Below, one piece after another: positions 46,801 to 58,229 of a stretch of DNA of 64,000 nt. Under the pieces are notes generated by a model. The model was given only the letters and a program-made list of their open reading frames with translations, was not told the origin of the DNA and did not search any database. Positions within the stretch are counted from its first letter, which is position 1. Each line of letters starts with the position of its first letter. The DNA is from Hormiphora californensis (Eukaryota; Animalia; Ctenophora). Position numbers and translations under genes: made by a program. The stretch spans positions 1,550,001 through 1,614,000 of the forward strand of contig CM035355.1 of NCBI GenBank assembly GCA_020137815.1, written 5' to 3'.

Positions 46801-47825
46801 CAGTAGAATTTATCCAGTGTTTCAATGATCTCAAAGAGGGAGATAATGTTAGGGTGAGATAGTTTCTCCATCACACTAACTTCCTGCCTCATCATTGTAA
46901 CGGTAGTCTGACAGCCGTGCTTTCCTTTCTCTATGATCTTAACAGCTACCTTTTCTGTCGGGGTGGGGTGAGTAGATTATTTGCTTTGATTTGGATTTTA
47001 GGGATTTGGCTCGTTCTATTACATGTATTTTAGCAGAAACAAGAAGAACAGAAGGTTCCTAATATATAAATAGTTCATCTAGGTAGGTGTCAAGGTGTGT
47101 GCCAGAAAACTAACCGTTCAGTAAGCAATGCAATCCGAGTTTTACTTCAGAGAATGCACCCTTCCCTAAAACACCTCGGAGTTTGTAGTAACCAATTCGC
47201 TTACCATCTTTCACCTGGAGTAGAATGAAAGTCAGCACGACAATCTGATATTAGAGTAGGTAAGGAGATAGGCAAGATAAACTGACTGACTGACTGACTG
47301 ACTGACTGACTGACTGACTGACTGACTGACTGACTGACTGACTGACTGACTGACTGACTGACTGACTGACTGACTGACTGACTGACTGACTGACTGACTG
47401 ACTGACTGACTGACTGACTGACTGACTGACTGACTGACTGACTGACTGACTGACTGACTGACTGACTGACTGACTGACTGACTGACTGACTGACTGACTG
47501 ACTGACTGACTGACTGACTGACTGACTGACTGACTGACTGACTGACTGACTGACTGACTGACTGACTGACTGACTGACTGACTGACTGACTGACTGACTG
47601 ACTGACTGACTGACTGACTGACTGACTGACTGACTGACTGACTGACTGACTGACTGACTGACTGACTGACTGACTGACTGACTGACTGACTGACTGACTG
47701 ACTGACTGACTGACTGACTGACTGACTGACTGACTGACTGACTGACTGACTGACATTATTACCTCCTGCACTATCTTCTGTGTCTGCTTCAATTCAGTTT
47801 GTAAAATGTCGTATGGACTGGCCAT
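43650..47825 (-). CDS. NIM1K: AMPK-related Ser/Thr kinase NIM1-like (multi-exon; last exon uncertain)
   Basis: GKRIGYYKLRGVLGKGAFSEVKLGLH, EKVAVKII, MEKLSHPNII, HRDLKCEN, DFG, DLWAMG, and post-kinase SITGSYRIALH typical of NIM1. Confidence 0.85.
45061..46099. mobile_element. TIR element with nested repeat, in a kinase intron
   Basis: TA|GGGGTTGCTATT...AATAGCAACCCC|TA. An internal segment (CCTGCCCGGGTGGATGCC..GGCATCCACCCGG) is shared with about 49980. Confidence 0.65.
47281..47754. repeat. (ACTG)n microsatellite
   Basis: Perfect tetranucleotide array. Confidence 0.97.
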
Positions 47826-48182
47826 GTTGGTTTCTAAACACATGTGAAATGATTCAGTTTTCAGTTCTATTATAGGTTATTTCAAGAAGATTATGAAACG
47901 TCTACAAAACATGTAGCTGGTGAGTATGAACAAGTTGATTATTATTCGTTGGGTCTCCTGGGAATCCTGAAATTTTAATATAAATCACTTCTTTATTAAA
48001 ATTCTGTTGGATTGTGCAATACGGAACCGATATATATCGGATTGTATCGTGACTCAAACGAAGTGACGGAAGTTAATTAAAACCAAACATGTAAAATATT
48101 TCAAGTGATGTCAAGAGTTTAAATCATTTTAATAAACACAAAATAAACAGATTTCAATAAAACACTCCAACACCATATCACT

Positions 48183-48479
48183 TCACATGACTCTGATAGG
48201 TATGCCCTCACTGGTAACCCCGATCTGCCTACTATCAGTATACTCTTCCTTCTCCTCCCCTCTCCCAGCCTCTAAATCACTGTCCTTCATGTCCTCAGGG
48301 AGGGATGATGATGTTTCTGATGTAAGACAACTGTTCTGATATGTGTTGCTGTGTGGTGAAGCATTGTTCGTTTTGTTGTCGTCCACTACAATGTAGTTTA
48401 TCCGCCGGAAACATATTGAAAAGTACATGGAGATAACTCGACCTAGAACCGCCGCACTTTCCCCTACCCACTCTAGCAT
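48183..48479 (-). CDS. Possible small orphan protein (98 aa)
   Basis: Non-repetitive ATG-initiated ORF with an upstream acceptor-like site (about 48556); no recognisable domain. Confidence 0.3.
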   Translation of the reverse strand: MLEWVGESAAVLGRVISMYFSICFRRINYIVVDDNKTNNASPHSNTYQNSCLTSETSSSLPEDMKDSDLEAGRGEEKEEYTDSRQIGVTSEGIPIRVM

Positions 48480-50336
48480 GTTGGTCGAGAGAACAGGAGC
48501 TTAGAGAACGTTGGAGTGAAGAACATTCAGTGAATATCCATGTTTGAGCCACTGCTAAAATAAAAATCATACATTATTTCAAAGGAGATCTTGTAAAATA
48601 GGTAGAGCAGATGCAGACATTGGAAAAAATAATTGCTCAGGCGTTGCGTAATATCGGATGCTAAATTCAATGGAGTCTAAACCTCTAAAAACAAAGCATC
48701 TGAACGGGACAGAGAGCCTAAAACATAAAAGGGCACAAAATAAAAGAAAGAGCAAAACAAGGGGTCAAACCAGGTGTTTGGACACACAATTAGGAAGACT
48801 ACAAACACACACAAACACACCCTCACGAAATAATGGCAGAGAGCTAGAGATGGTACACCTGCAGCAGAGGTAGGCTTTCTCATCATGATATATCTTGAGA
48901 TTGTGTCTCAATAATCGACTGGCAAGGTTATTATGCAACTATATGTGATGGCTCATGAGTCATGCTACGCTACAACGATCAGTGAGGGAAGAACTTAGAA
49001 CGGCATACAAAGGTAGTGTGTAAACAGAGAGTGGTCTAAACTCGTTCCTTTGTTCTTCAACAATACACTCGTGTTAATTCATCCTATACATTACAATGCT
49101 AACCTTGGATGTACTTCATAGGACAAATTGTGACCGATTCTGAATTTAGATCACTAGAACAGTGTTAATCTTGCCTTAACTTTTCACAGGCCACTGAACA
49201 GGACTGTCGAGGAAGAAGTTTAACATTTTAACAGGCTATTCATAGTTCTCAAAAAGACGGCGGCATTGAGGCGAAAGTTTGAACAAGGCTGTCTGCCGTC
49301 TGAGCGCTGAACATATTTTCAATTTTGGATTTTTCTAAACCTTGTAGTCTTGTGGTCCTCTTAGCGCAGATATTACACAGGCGTCAGCTCCTCACAGAGC
49401 CTCCCTCTCCCTGGAAGCTATTCGTTCCCAGTCAAGTATCGAATTATTGTTCTGTCGAGTGTATCCAATCACCGGAGGATCTGGTCTCTGGATTCTGAGT
49501 GTGTCTACTGTCTACAGACCAATTTTCGGACTGACAGGAGTGTGTGATGTGTCAGTGGTCGACGACTCGACAGTGCAGGATAAACTTCCTCAGCTTCTGA
49601 GATGGGGACGGAAGCAAAAGGGGCCAGCGTTAAAATCTGGGTTTTTCGTGAGTGCTGACAAACGGTATTTTCAGGGTTAGGGCTAAAGTAGGGTTAGGGT
49701 TGGGGTTTGGGTTTCTGGCAGCACGCACCTGTAAATAGGCCACCAAACACCCAGATCGTAACGGCGCCCAGCAAAAGGGGAATTTTGATTTTTGAAGATT
49801 TTCATTTTTGGAGAGTTTGAATTTTCAATTTTGGAGTTTTAAAAAAACGAAAATATTTGGAAGTTTCAAAAGGAAGTTTCAAAAGGCTGCGCGGCGTCTT
49901 TTTGGTGTAATGCGCAGATTTTATCAGTTAAGCGTTGCATTTAAAGCCGCGCAGCTATTTTGAGTCCGCGCGCGCTGCCACAATTTTTTCCCTGCCCGGG
50001 TGGATGCCCGAAGGGCATCCACCCGGATGATCGTTTTAGCACGTGTGCTAAAAAGATCATAAAGGGTTTAGAAATCTCGGATTTGAAATAGTAACTCGAG
50101 CGTGGTCAAAATCGCGTGTGTCACGGTAGCAGCCTGACAACCGCGATGCTGACAATTTTGAAAAGTTCGTCCGCAAAGTTATTTCACTACGGATTGTGGT
50201 GGCGCGCGCTCAAAATTTGCTGCGCGCGGCGCTCTCAATGCAGCGTTGTTGGTCTCACACCTCGCGCGTTACAGCATGGCGCCGCTACTAGCGCTCGAAT
50301 GGATTTAACTTCTTAATCAATCTGATCGAAACTAAA

Positions 50337-50481
50337 TAGTGGAAGCTCTTACGGTATTTCCCACGACCGTGGGAAAAGAGAGATAGATAGAAATACTAAG
50401 AGAGAGCAATTTCTCTCTCTTAGTATTTCTATCTATCTCTCTTTTCCCACGGTCGTGGGAATACCGTAAGAGCTTCCACTA
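50337..50481. mobile_element. 145-bp hairpin MITE (Academ-like termini)
   Basis: Near-perfect palindrome TAGTGGAAGCTC...GAGCTTCCACTA with AAA on both sides (3-bp TSD). Confidence 0.7.
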
Positions 50482-50919
50482 AAAAGCTCAGCTCGTTAGT
50501 ATGGTGACTGACGGAACGTGAGAAGTTCCCATGCATAGCTTAGTGTCACATAACATTGTAATTAGGCGTTGGCGTCGCGACGATCAGATCACATTGCACG
50601 GTATCATCTAGTGTGGGCGGCGCTCAGAGATCTCACCGCAGATCTCATCGCAGATCGCTTATCAGTGAATGTGATCGGTTTGAGTATTCGTTGGCAGGGA
50701 AACACAGCATTATGAAACATAATGCAATAATAATTCTTGTTTAAATTTCGTTCTCCGAAATTTAAAAAAAAAAATTGCTCCCAAAAGAAAATTCATTTTT
50801 CCCTGCTCTACGCCCCAACAGGATTGGAAAACATGGACTTCAATATTTGAAACATGTGTGAGATTTTATTTATTTATTTATTTATAGTAATATTTGAGTG
50901 ATTTTAAGATTTATTTATT

Positions 50920-51065
50920 ACTAACCCCAACACCGGGGGCAAATGATCGAACCCAATGTGAATGAGACTCATCGCGATTAACTCTTCATATGGTTACCCC
51001 CTTTCTCTCTTCGGCAGCTTCTCTTCGGCTGTTGGAAAGTGATGCCAATCGGTGTTGGGGTTAGT
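50920..51065. mobile_element. Small MITE
   Basis: ACTAACCCCAACACCG...CGGTGTTGGGGTTAGT inverted termini. Confidence 0.55.
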
Positions 51066-51729
51066 GAATTTTAGAAAAAAAAAAAAAAAAATTCCCTGCT
51101 CTACCCTCATCGGGGCTGGGACCTCGACCCCTACCCGGGCTTGCAGCCCCTGGGCCCTTCTTGCGGGGGCTCTACCCCCTACTTTCAGACGGGCTGCGTC
51201 ACTGGCCGGGCAAAGTTAAAATCTGGGTGCCTTCCAATTTCCATTGCTAACAATTCATCGATTTTGGCGGTCGAGACAGGTTAGGGCTGCCCGTTAGGGT
51301 CTGGTTAGGGATTTGTTTGAGGTTTTCGCTTAGTGCTATCGATTTTCTATCAGATACCGTTAAGTTTACTCAAACTGGCCATGTGGTTGTTGCCCCCCTG
51401 ACCCTGCTTGTGAGGGTTTAACTGTCAGTTAACAGTTTCAAACTGACCGTGACCGCCGCCCCCTGGTCCCGGACGCACAGGGACACACTGGGCTGGGGTC
51501 GTAGCTCCGTCCCTTTTAATTTTAATTTTAAAATTTAACATTGAAATGTATTTTTCTTTCGTTTTGAACTCAAGTAGGCAGGTTGAAACTTCAATGTTCC
51601 ACTTGCCAGTACATCTTTGATAAAGCAAAATGTAACATTTGCTCGAAAGCGGAAATACTAATCCGAATGAAACTTTCCCCAGATGTATCACACACATTGA
51701 AAATGTAACAAGAACCTGGAGGCTTTGCT

Positions 51730-52872
51730 ATGATTCGATGGAATCGCTATGATAAGCTCAAATTAAATACATTTCTATTGTCGTCCCAGTAAGTATGTTA
51801 TGTAACTAAAATACATTTTTCCAGATCATAAGATTAAGTTAAATGCTCTTTTAGTTGCGTTAATGAATAATAGATTAACGCTTGTTGTAATTTAAACACA
51901 TTCCACTCAGATACAGATCATTAAATGGAATAAATCGGAGTCCATATCATGTTCTCGGGGTCTCATCTTCAGCCTCCCGAGCGGAAATAAAAAGCTCTTA
52001 CGTTGACAAAGCTAAAATGTGTCACCCTGACTTATTTCCGGATGACGAACGCAAGAAAGAGGAGTTCCAGGAGCTGCAAAGTGCATATGAGGTACTGCGA
52101 GATGTGAAGAAACGGGCACACCACTTTTATCAGAACAATCCGAGCAGTAAGGAACCATTTCACAACTATAGACCACCCCCTGGTGAGAAGAGGAGTAAAC
52201 GGAAATATACCACTCGAGGGCACACCTTTGGGGGACAGAAAAGGTAACAATTGTATAACACTTGCACAATCTTGAATCTTATTTCTGCGTCTCATTGTAT
52301 CATTCCGTCCACCCTTCCCCTCCCTCAGACCAGAGGATATGACCCAAGATGAGTGGACAGAGGAACTTTTAAAACTTCATGGATACAAGAAAAACAACGC
52401 AACTGATCAGAACGCTTCAGAAACAAAGAAGGCAGAACAAAAAAGATGGATAAGGCATGTTTGTGTTTTTGTTGGGGTCTACATTACTTCAATATTCTTC
52501 TTCAATATCTACTAGTGAGTAAACAACAGATATTTTGTAGTGAGGGTCACTACAAATTAAACACTTTTAATTCGCAGAACATCAAATAAGCTTACAACTG
52601 AATTCAGCTAATTAACTTTGTTTACAACTACACATCTTTTCAGTTACTTCAAAAAGAAGAATTTCATAGCGGGTGTTCAACAGAGGGAACTCTCTGATCA
52701 CAGTTCCCATGCCATGATCGTCCAGATGTACGGCAAAACTCCAGGTTCTCCCATTGCATCACCAGGACCTGATAGACCCATGTCTACAGACAATAAAAAC
52801 ACTGTGTCAAAATATAAAGAAGAGATTGGAGAGGTTGTAAAACTGTTAGAGAAGAGTGATAAGACGAACTGA
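51730..52872 (+). CDS. J-domain protein A (DNAJC4/DNAJC30-like: basic presequence, J domain, TM), 4 exons
   Basis: SPYHVLGV...KAKMCHPD...FQELQSAYEVL; TM HVCVFVGVYITSIFFF. Confidence 0.85.
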
Positions 52873-53194
52873 TAGATTATTTATAGCTAATTAGGAACCT
52901 GTTAAATGGTGAATCAAAAACAGTTTTATTGGAGCAGTATCTCTCTCTTGTGCATCTGTTACGACTGACCCTCTGTAAATATATGTTCATGTACAAGGGA
53001 GAGAGAGATGTATCAGCTGTGTGTGTTATTTTTTATTCAGGGTAACACTATTTTTCACTGTGTTCCAAATTGTACATTGCTACAAAATTACCATTACACC
53101 TAGAAAACTAATCAAATAAATATTACGCCTAGCTAGTGCAATGAAGTGAAGCTCATCACCCCCCCCCCCCTTGGCTCTACCCTCTCTTCAACAG

Positions 53195-54439
53195 ATGCTT
53201 CGTTATTGGAAGAATAAACAGTGTATCAGATCACCTGGAATCTCTCTGTAAGTTGTGTTTTGTGTCACTGCACTGAATAATTGAAATATATTCACCAAGT
53301 CGAACAATGCAATTATTATTTCTGTTAACATGGCAGTTATCAGGTGTCGAAGATTCAGTAGTCAGAGAAAGCGAAGTCCATATGATGTCCTTGGATTGAA
53401 ACAGTCTGCAACTAAAGCTGAAATTAAGAGCAGTTACATTGGAAAAGCTAAGAAGTGTCACCCTGATTTGTTCCCAAATGATGAGCGAAAGAAGGAAGAA
53501 TTTCAGGAGTTACAGGAAGCGTATGAGGTGCGTGAAACTAATTACATGTACTATGTTTAATGTAGTGATGTGGCAGTGGTTCAAAAACACTATTTATTTT
53601 GTAGATTCTGAGTGATTCAACAAAGCGTGCCCAGTGGAACCAACAGCAACATTATGGACAGCAGCAGGGCCCAGTAGGCACCCACCCGGGACACAGCAAC
53701 CCTTATGGAAGGGGACCTCCCCCACCTGGATACTACAAACAATACAGACCTGGTACTGGTGGAGCCCCTGGAGGAGATCCCAGGTATTATACATCGGGAC
53801 GAGTTTTTGTGATTTAGCTTGATAGTAAATCAGTATCTTGCAATTTTGTGTAACTGGTAACAGATGATGTCAAACACATTTTATCCCAGGACGCCCCGTG
53901 AACAGTGGATGGAACAGATGTTACGAATGCACGCAGAGCAGGCCCGGGCTGCTGGGGTGGGTGGAGATAACGAGAAATGGAAAGAAGCCAAAGCACGATC
54001 CAAGAGGCTGGAGAAAATATTCCTGCGTATCATGGGATTTTATGTTTTGTTGATTTTGATAAACGTTATAACTAGCCTGTAAGTTTAGTGAAAATCAGAA
54101 GACATAATACAAGAAAAACCAATTTGTTGATTCCTGTTATTTTATTAACTCGTTTCAGGACCACAACACGCCAGGAACTACCAACCATGCCCTTAGATCA
54201 ACAGGAGGCTATGGCAAAGCAAATGCAGTAAGTGTCTCTACAGAAATAATTTATGATGTTGTAAATTGAATATTCTGATTAATCCTACAAACGTCCTTTA
54301 TAACAACTCCCCTTTCTCCCCCAGAGATCGGATGAGAGGAAACCACTCCGGTCGCGTAGGTTCCTCCGCATCAGCTCACTACCCGGCTGAGATCCAGGAA
54401 CTAATTGATAGTTGGGAAGAAGAGGGGAAGAAGAAATGA
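53195..54439 (+). CDS. J-domain protein B, copy 1 (6 exons)
   Basis: MLRYWKNKQ..., SPYDVLGL...KCHPD...AYEILSD, G/P-rich linker, TM IFLRIMGFYVLLILINVI, ends WEEEGKKK*. Confidence 0.85.
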
Positions 54440-54689
54440 ACTAAAGTTGTTGTTGTTCTTAGGTAGAAAGTTTGAGGCAGGAGTTCAGACAGAGATTTGG
54501 TCCCCACTCGGCAATTGACCCTCAAAATGATCAGTTTTGTTTGCCTGTGTACCCTCGGCGGAAGATTTTATATGAAATTTGATTTGTATTAGTTTGTTGT
54601 GTCGAGATATTGTCGGGTTGTTTTACAGCTGGCTAGTTATTTAGTCAGTTAATTATCGTGGTTTTATATAACATTGAATCCTTTTTAGA

Positions 54690-55805
54690 ATGAATAGACA
54701 CATGAACGCCAGTCAACGGTTGCTGAACGCCCTACATAGTAGATGGTAAGAAACAAAACGCATTCATTTTCTTTAATCCTTAGATATTATTTTTTGTATT
54801 GACAGATTCCCAAGGATTTAGGAAAATCTCTATCTCTCAGTTGTTCAAACCAAGCCGCCCGGTCCAGTGAAGAAGCCCTTGGCCTCACATCACCTTACAC
54901 GCAAGAGCAACTAAAATCAGCCTACTTTCAACAATCAAAAAAGGTTTTTAGAAACTTCCAAAATCCAAAATGTTGTTTTCCCAGCACATCACGACTTATT
55001 TTGCTCCACCCTCTCTCACCGCGCCACCTTCCCCCAAATCTCTATTATAATTTGGAGATGAACGTCGTGATGGCCGTTCGTTAGGCGGTATCTAAGCGAC
55101 TGCTCCTTCATAAAACACTTTATGTGCCCAAAGCTGTAAAGCTGTATTTCACAGTTTTGGAACTTTCAGTGGAAGTTGTTGATATTTTCGAATGAATTTC
55201 AACAATTCAGTCCCTATAGTTACCAATTCAGTTGCCATGGCAACGGTTTTATTGACGTTGAAAGTGAAAGAACCACCCGGCGAAGCCGGGTGGGTTATCA
55301 AAAACCCTTCCTTGAGGCACACCCAGCGGGTGCGCTAGTTTTGTAAAAGGAGGGTTAGAATCTTACATACTAAGATAAACTATAACACCATTTCAGTGCC
55401 ATCCTGATTTGTATCCAGGGGACCCTGACAGGCTATCTCAGTTCCATGCACTCCAACACCACTATAAACTGCTATCTGATCACGTGATATCTCAGGGATC
55501 ACGTGACATACCACGTGATCAATCCGGTACCCCTCCACCAACCTGGAATTGGAAACTTGATGATAGAGTTACCGGAAGGGGGAGAGACGAGGAGGATATC
55601 GGCGTTTTTATACGGTAAGAACATTATACACTACTTGTCTGTGTGTCATTTGTAGAGTTCATATTGTGTGGTTCAAAAGTGCTAGTTACATCCCCAGGTC
55701 TTGTCAAGAAGGCTACGTAAGAGGAATAACGACCCGATATCGCAGAATCTCTATCTTCCTCTGTATAATTCTCTACACCCTGACAGATATTACCCTATCA
55801 ATATG
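54690..55805 (+). CDS. J-domain protein C, copy 1 (exons 1-4; native last exon lost at the breakpoint)
   Basis: EEALGL...LKSAYFQQSKK/CHPDLYPGD; TM ISIFLCIILYTL. Confidence 0.75.
55039..55338 (+). mobile_element. 300-bp non-autonomous Helitron
   Basis: A|TC...CTAG|T, no TSD, subterminal hairpins CACCCGGCGAAGCCGGGTG and CACCCAGCGGGTG. The empty site is in the paralog at 61775/61776. Confidence 0.88.
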
Positions 55806-56084
55806 GTACGAGAATACCTTGAATGTATTATTATGTGCATTATGTGCATGTGTTATGTGCTTGTACGTGATACACACCGGCACATAGCTGCATGTATCGT
55901 GAGTTTTGCATTTTCCTCCAAACTGTTTTGTCCGCCGTGTCCCAAAATAATAAGTGCATTGAGGTAACGCGCGGAGTCACCGCTGTTAGAGTCTCTGCGC
56001 GCAACTCGGTAGACCTATCGTAATGTCGCTCTGGCGCCAAGCAATAATTTTATCATGTTTATGCGGATTATGCTCATTTTCCGA

Positions 56085-57908
56085 GATGAGTGGACAGAGG
56101 AACTTTTAAAACTTCATGGATACAAGAAAAACAACGCAACTGATCAGAACGCTTCAGAAACAAAGAAGGCAGAACAAAAAAGATGGATAAGGCATGTTTG
56201 TGTTTTTGTTGGGGTCTACATTACTTCAATATTCTTCTTCAATATCTACTAGTGAGTAAACAACAGTTATTTTGTTGTTCTATTGAGGGTCACTACAAAT
56301 TAAACACTTTAGCTGGTATTAATAAACGGGGATTCGCGGATAATGTCCCGGATCGCGGATAAAATCGCGGATAAAAATTGCGGATAAATATCGCGGATAA
56401 AAAATCGCGGATAAAAAATTGCGGATAAAAAATCGCGGATAAAAAATCGCAGATAAAAAATTGTGGATAAAAAATCGCGGATAAAAAATCGCGGATAAAA
56501 AATTGCGGATAAAAAATTGCGGATAAAAAAATCGCGGATAAAAAAATCGCGGATAACGTTTTTATCTCTTTTTAGGCAATTTGTGGTCATTTTTTAGATT
56601 ATTTTGATCGATTCCAGGTCATTTTGCTCATTCTGTACCATTTCTTGGCCACGTTGGTCAATTATAGTTCATTTCCAGGTCATTCCTGTATATAGTGCAT
56701 AATTGTGCTAGACCATTTTCGTGTGGATTTATATGGTTCTGGGACACTTTGGTCAATTACGAGTAATAATTTATGTGTATATTTGGATACTTTTAGGACT
56801 CTAATGTGACCGAAGTGTCTCTAATGAACTAGAATTGACCAACGTGGCCAAGAAATGGTACAGAAATGGCCAAATTGACATAGAAATGAGCAAAATGACC
56901 TGGAATCGATCAAAATCATCTAAAAATGACCACAAATTGCCTAAAAAGAGATAAAAACGTTATCCGCGATTTTTTATCCGCGATTTTTTATCCGCAATTT
57001 TTTATCCGCAATTTTTTATCCGCGATTTTTTATCCGCAATTTTTTATCCGCGATTTTTTATCCGCGATTTTTAATCCGCGATTTTTATCCGCGATTTTTT
57101 ATCCGCGATTTTTTATCCGCGATTTTTTATCCGCGATTTTTTATCCGCAATTTTTTATCCGCGATTTTTAATCCGCGATTTTTATCCGCGATTTTTTATC
57201 CGCGATTTTTTATCCGCGATTTTTTATCCGCGATTTTTTATCCGCGATTTTTTATCCGCAATTTTTAATCCGCGATTTTTATCCGCGATTTTTTATCCGC
57301 GATTTTTTATCCGCGATTTTTTATCCGCGATTACTTATCCGCGATTACTTATCCGCGATCCGCGATCCGCAATCCGCGATCTGCAATCCGCGATCCGCAG
57401 TCCGCGATCCGCAATCCGCGATCCGCAATCCGCGATCCTCAATCCGCAATCCGCGATCCGCGATCACTTATCCCCGATCCGCAATCCGTGATTACTTATC
57501 CGCGATCCGCGATCCAATCCGGGATTAATTATCCGCGATTTTATCCGCGATCCGGGACATTATCTGCGAATCCGCGAATCCCCGTTTATTAATACCAGCT
57601 TTTGAATTCGCAGAACATCAAATAATTTTACAACTGAATTCAGCTAGTTAGCATTGTTTACAACTACACATCTTTTCAGTTACTTCAAAAAGAAGAATTT
57701 CATAGCGGGTGTTCAACAGAGGGAACTCTCTGATCACAGCTCCCATGCCATGATCGTCCAGATGTACGGCAAAACTCCAGGTTCTCCCATTGCATCTCCA
57801 GGACCCAATAGACCCGTGTCTACAGATAATAATAATAATGTGTCAAAATATAAAGAAGAGATAGGAGAGGTTGTAAAACTGTTAGAGAAGAGTGATAAGA
57901 CGAACTGA
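56085..57908 (+). pseudogene. Partial duplicate of J-protein A (truncated exon 3 plus intact exon 4 at 57680-57908)
   Basis: DEWTEELLKLHGY... starts mid-exon at the junction; the last exon is open and keeps its acceptor. Confidence 0.7.
56311..57600. mobile_element. MITE with 3-bp TSD (PIF/Harbinger-like) and 13-14-bp TTTTATCCGCGAT arrays
   Basis: TTT|AGCTGGTATTAATAAACGGGG...CCCCGTTTATTAATACCAGCT|TTT; empty site at about 52565. Confidence 0.88.
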
Positions 57909-58229
57909 TAGATTATTTATAGCTAGTTAGGAACCTGATAAATGGTGAATCAAAAACATTTTAATTGGAGCAGTATCTCTCTTGTGCATTTGTTACGACT
58001 GACCCTCTGTAAATATATGTTCATGTACAAGGGAGAGAAAGATATCAGCTGTGTGTGTTATTTTTTATTCAGGGAAGCACTGTTTTTTACTGTGTTCAGA
58101 ATTTTACTGTATGCATTTCAAGTTTCAACCATTGCACCTAGAAACCTAATCAGATAACTATTACGCCTAGCTAGTGCAATGAAGTGAAGCTCATGCCCCC
58201 CCCCCCTGGCTCTACCCTCTCTTCAACAG

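Noticed and set aside
49672-49714. Interstitial telomere or telomerase RNA linked to POT1/DKC1
   Set aside because: Only a few degenerate TTAGGG units inside a repeat element; no template-pseudoknot-H/ACA layout could be supported.
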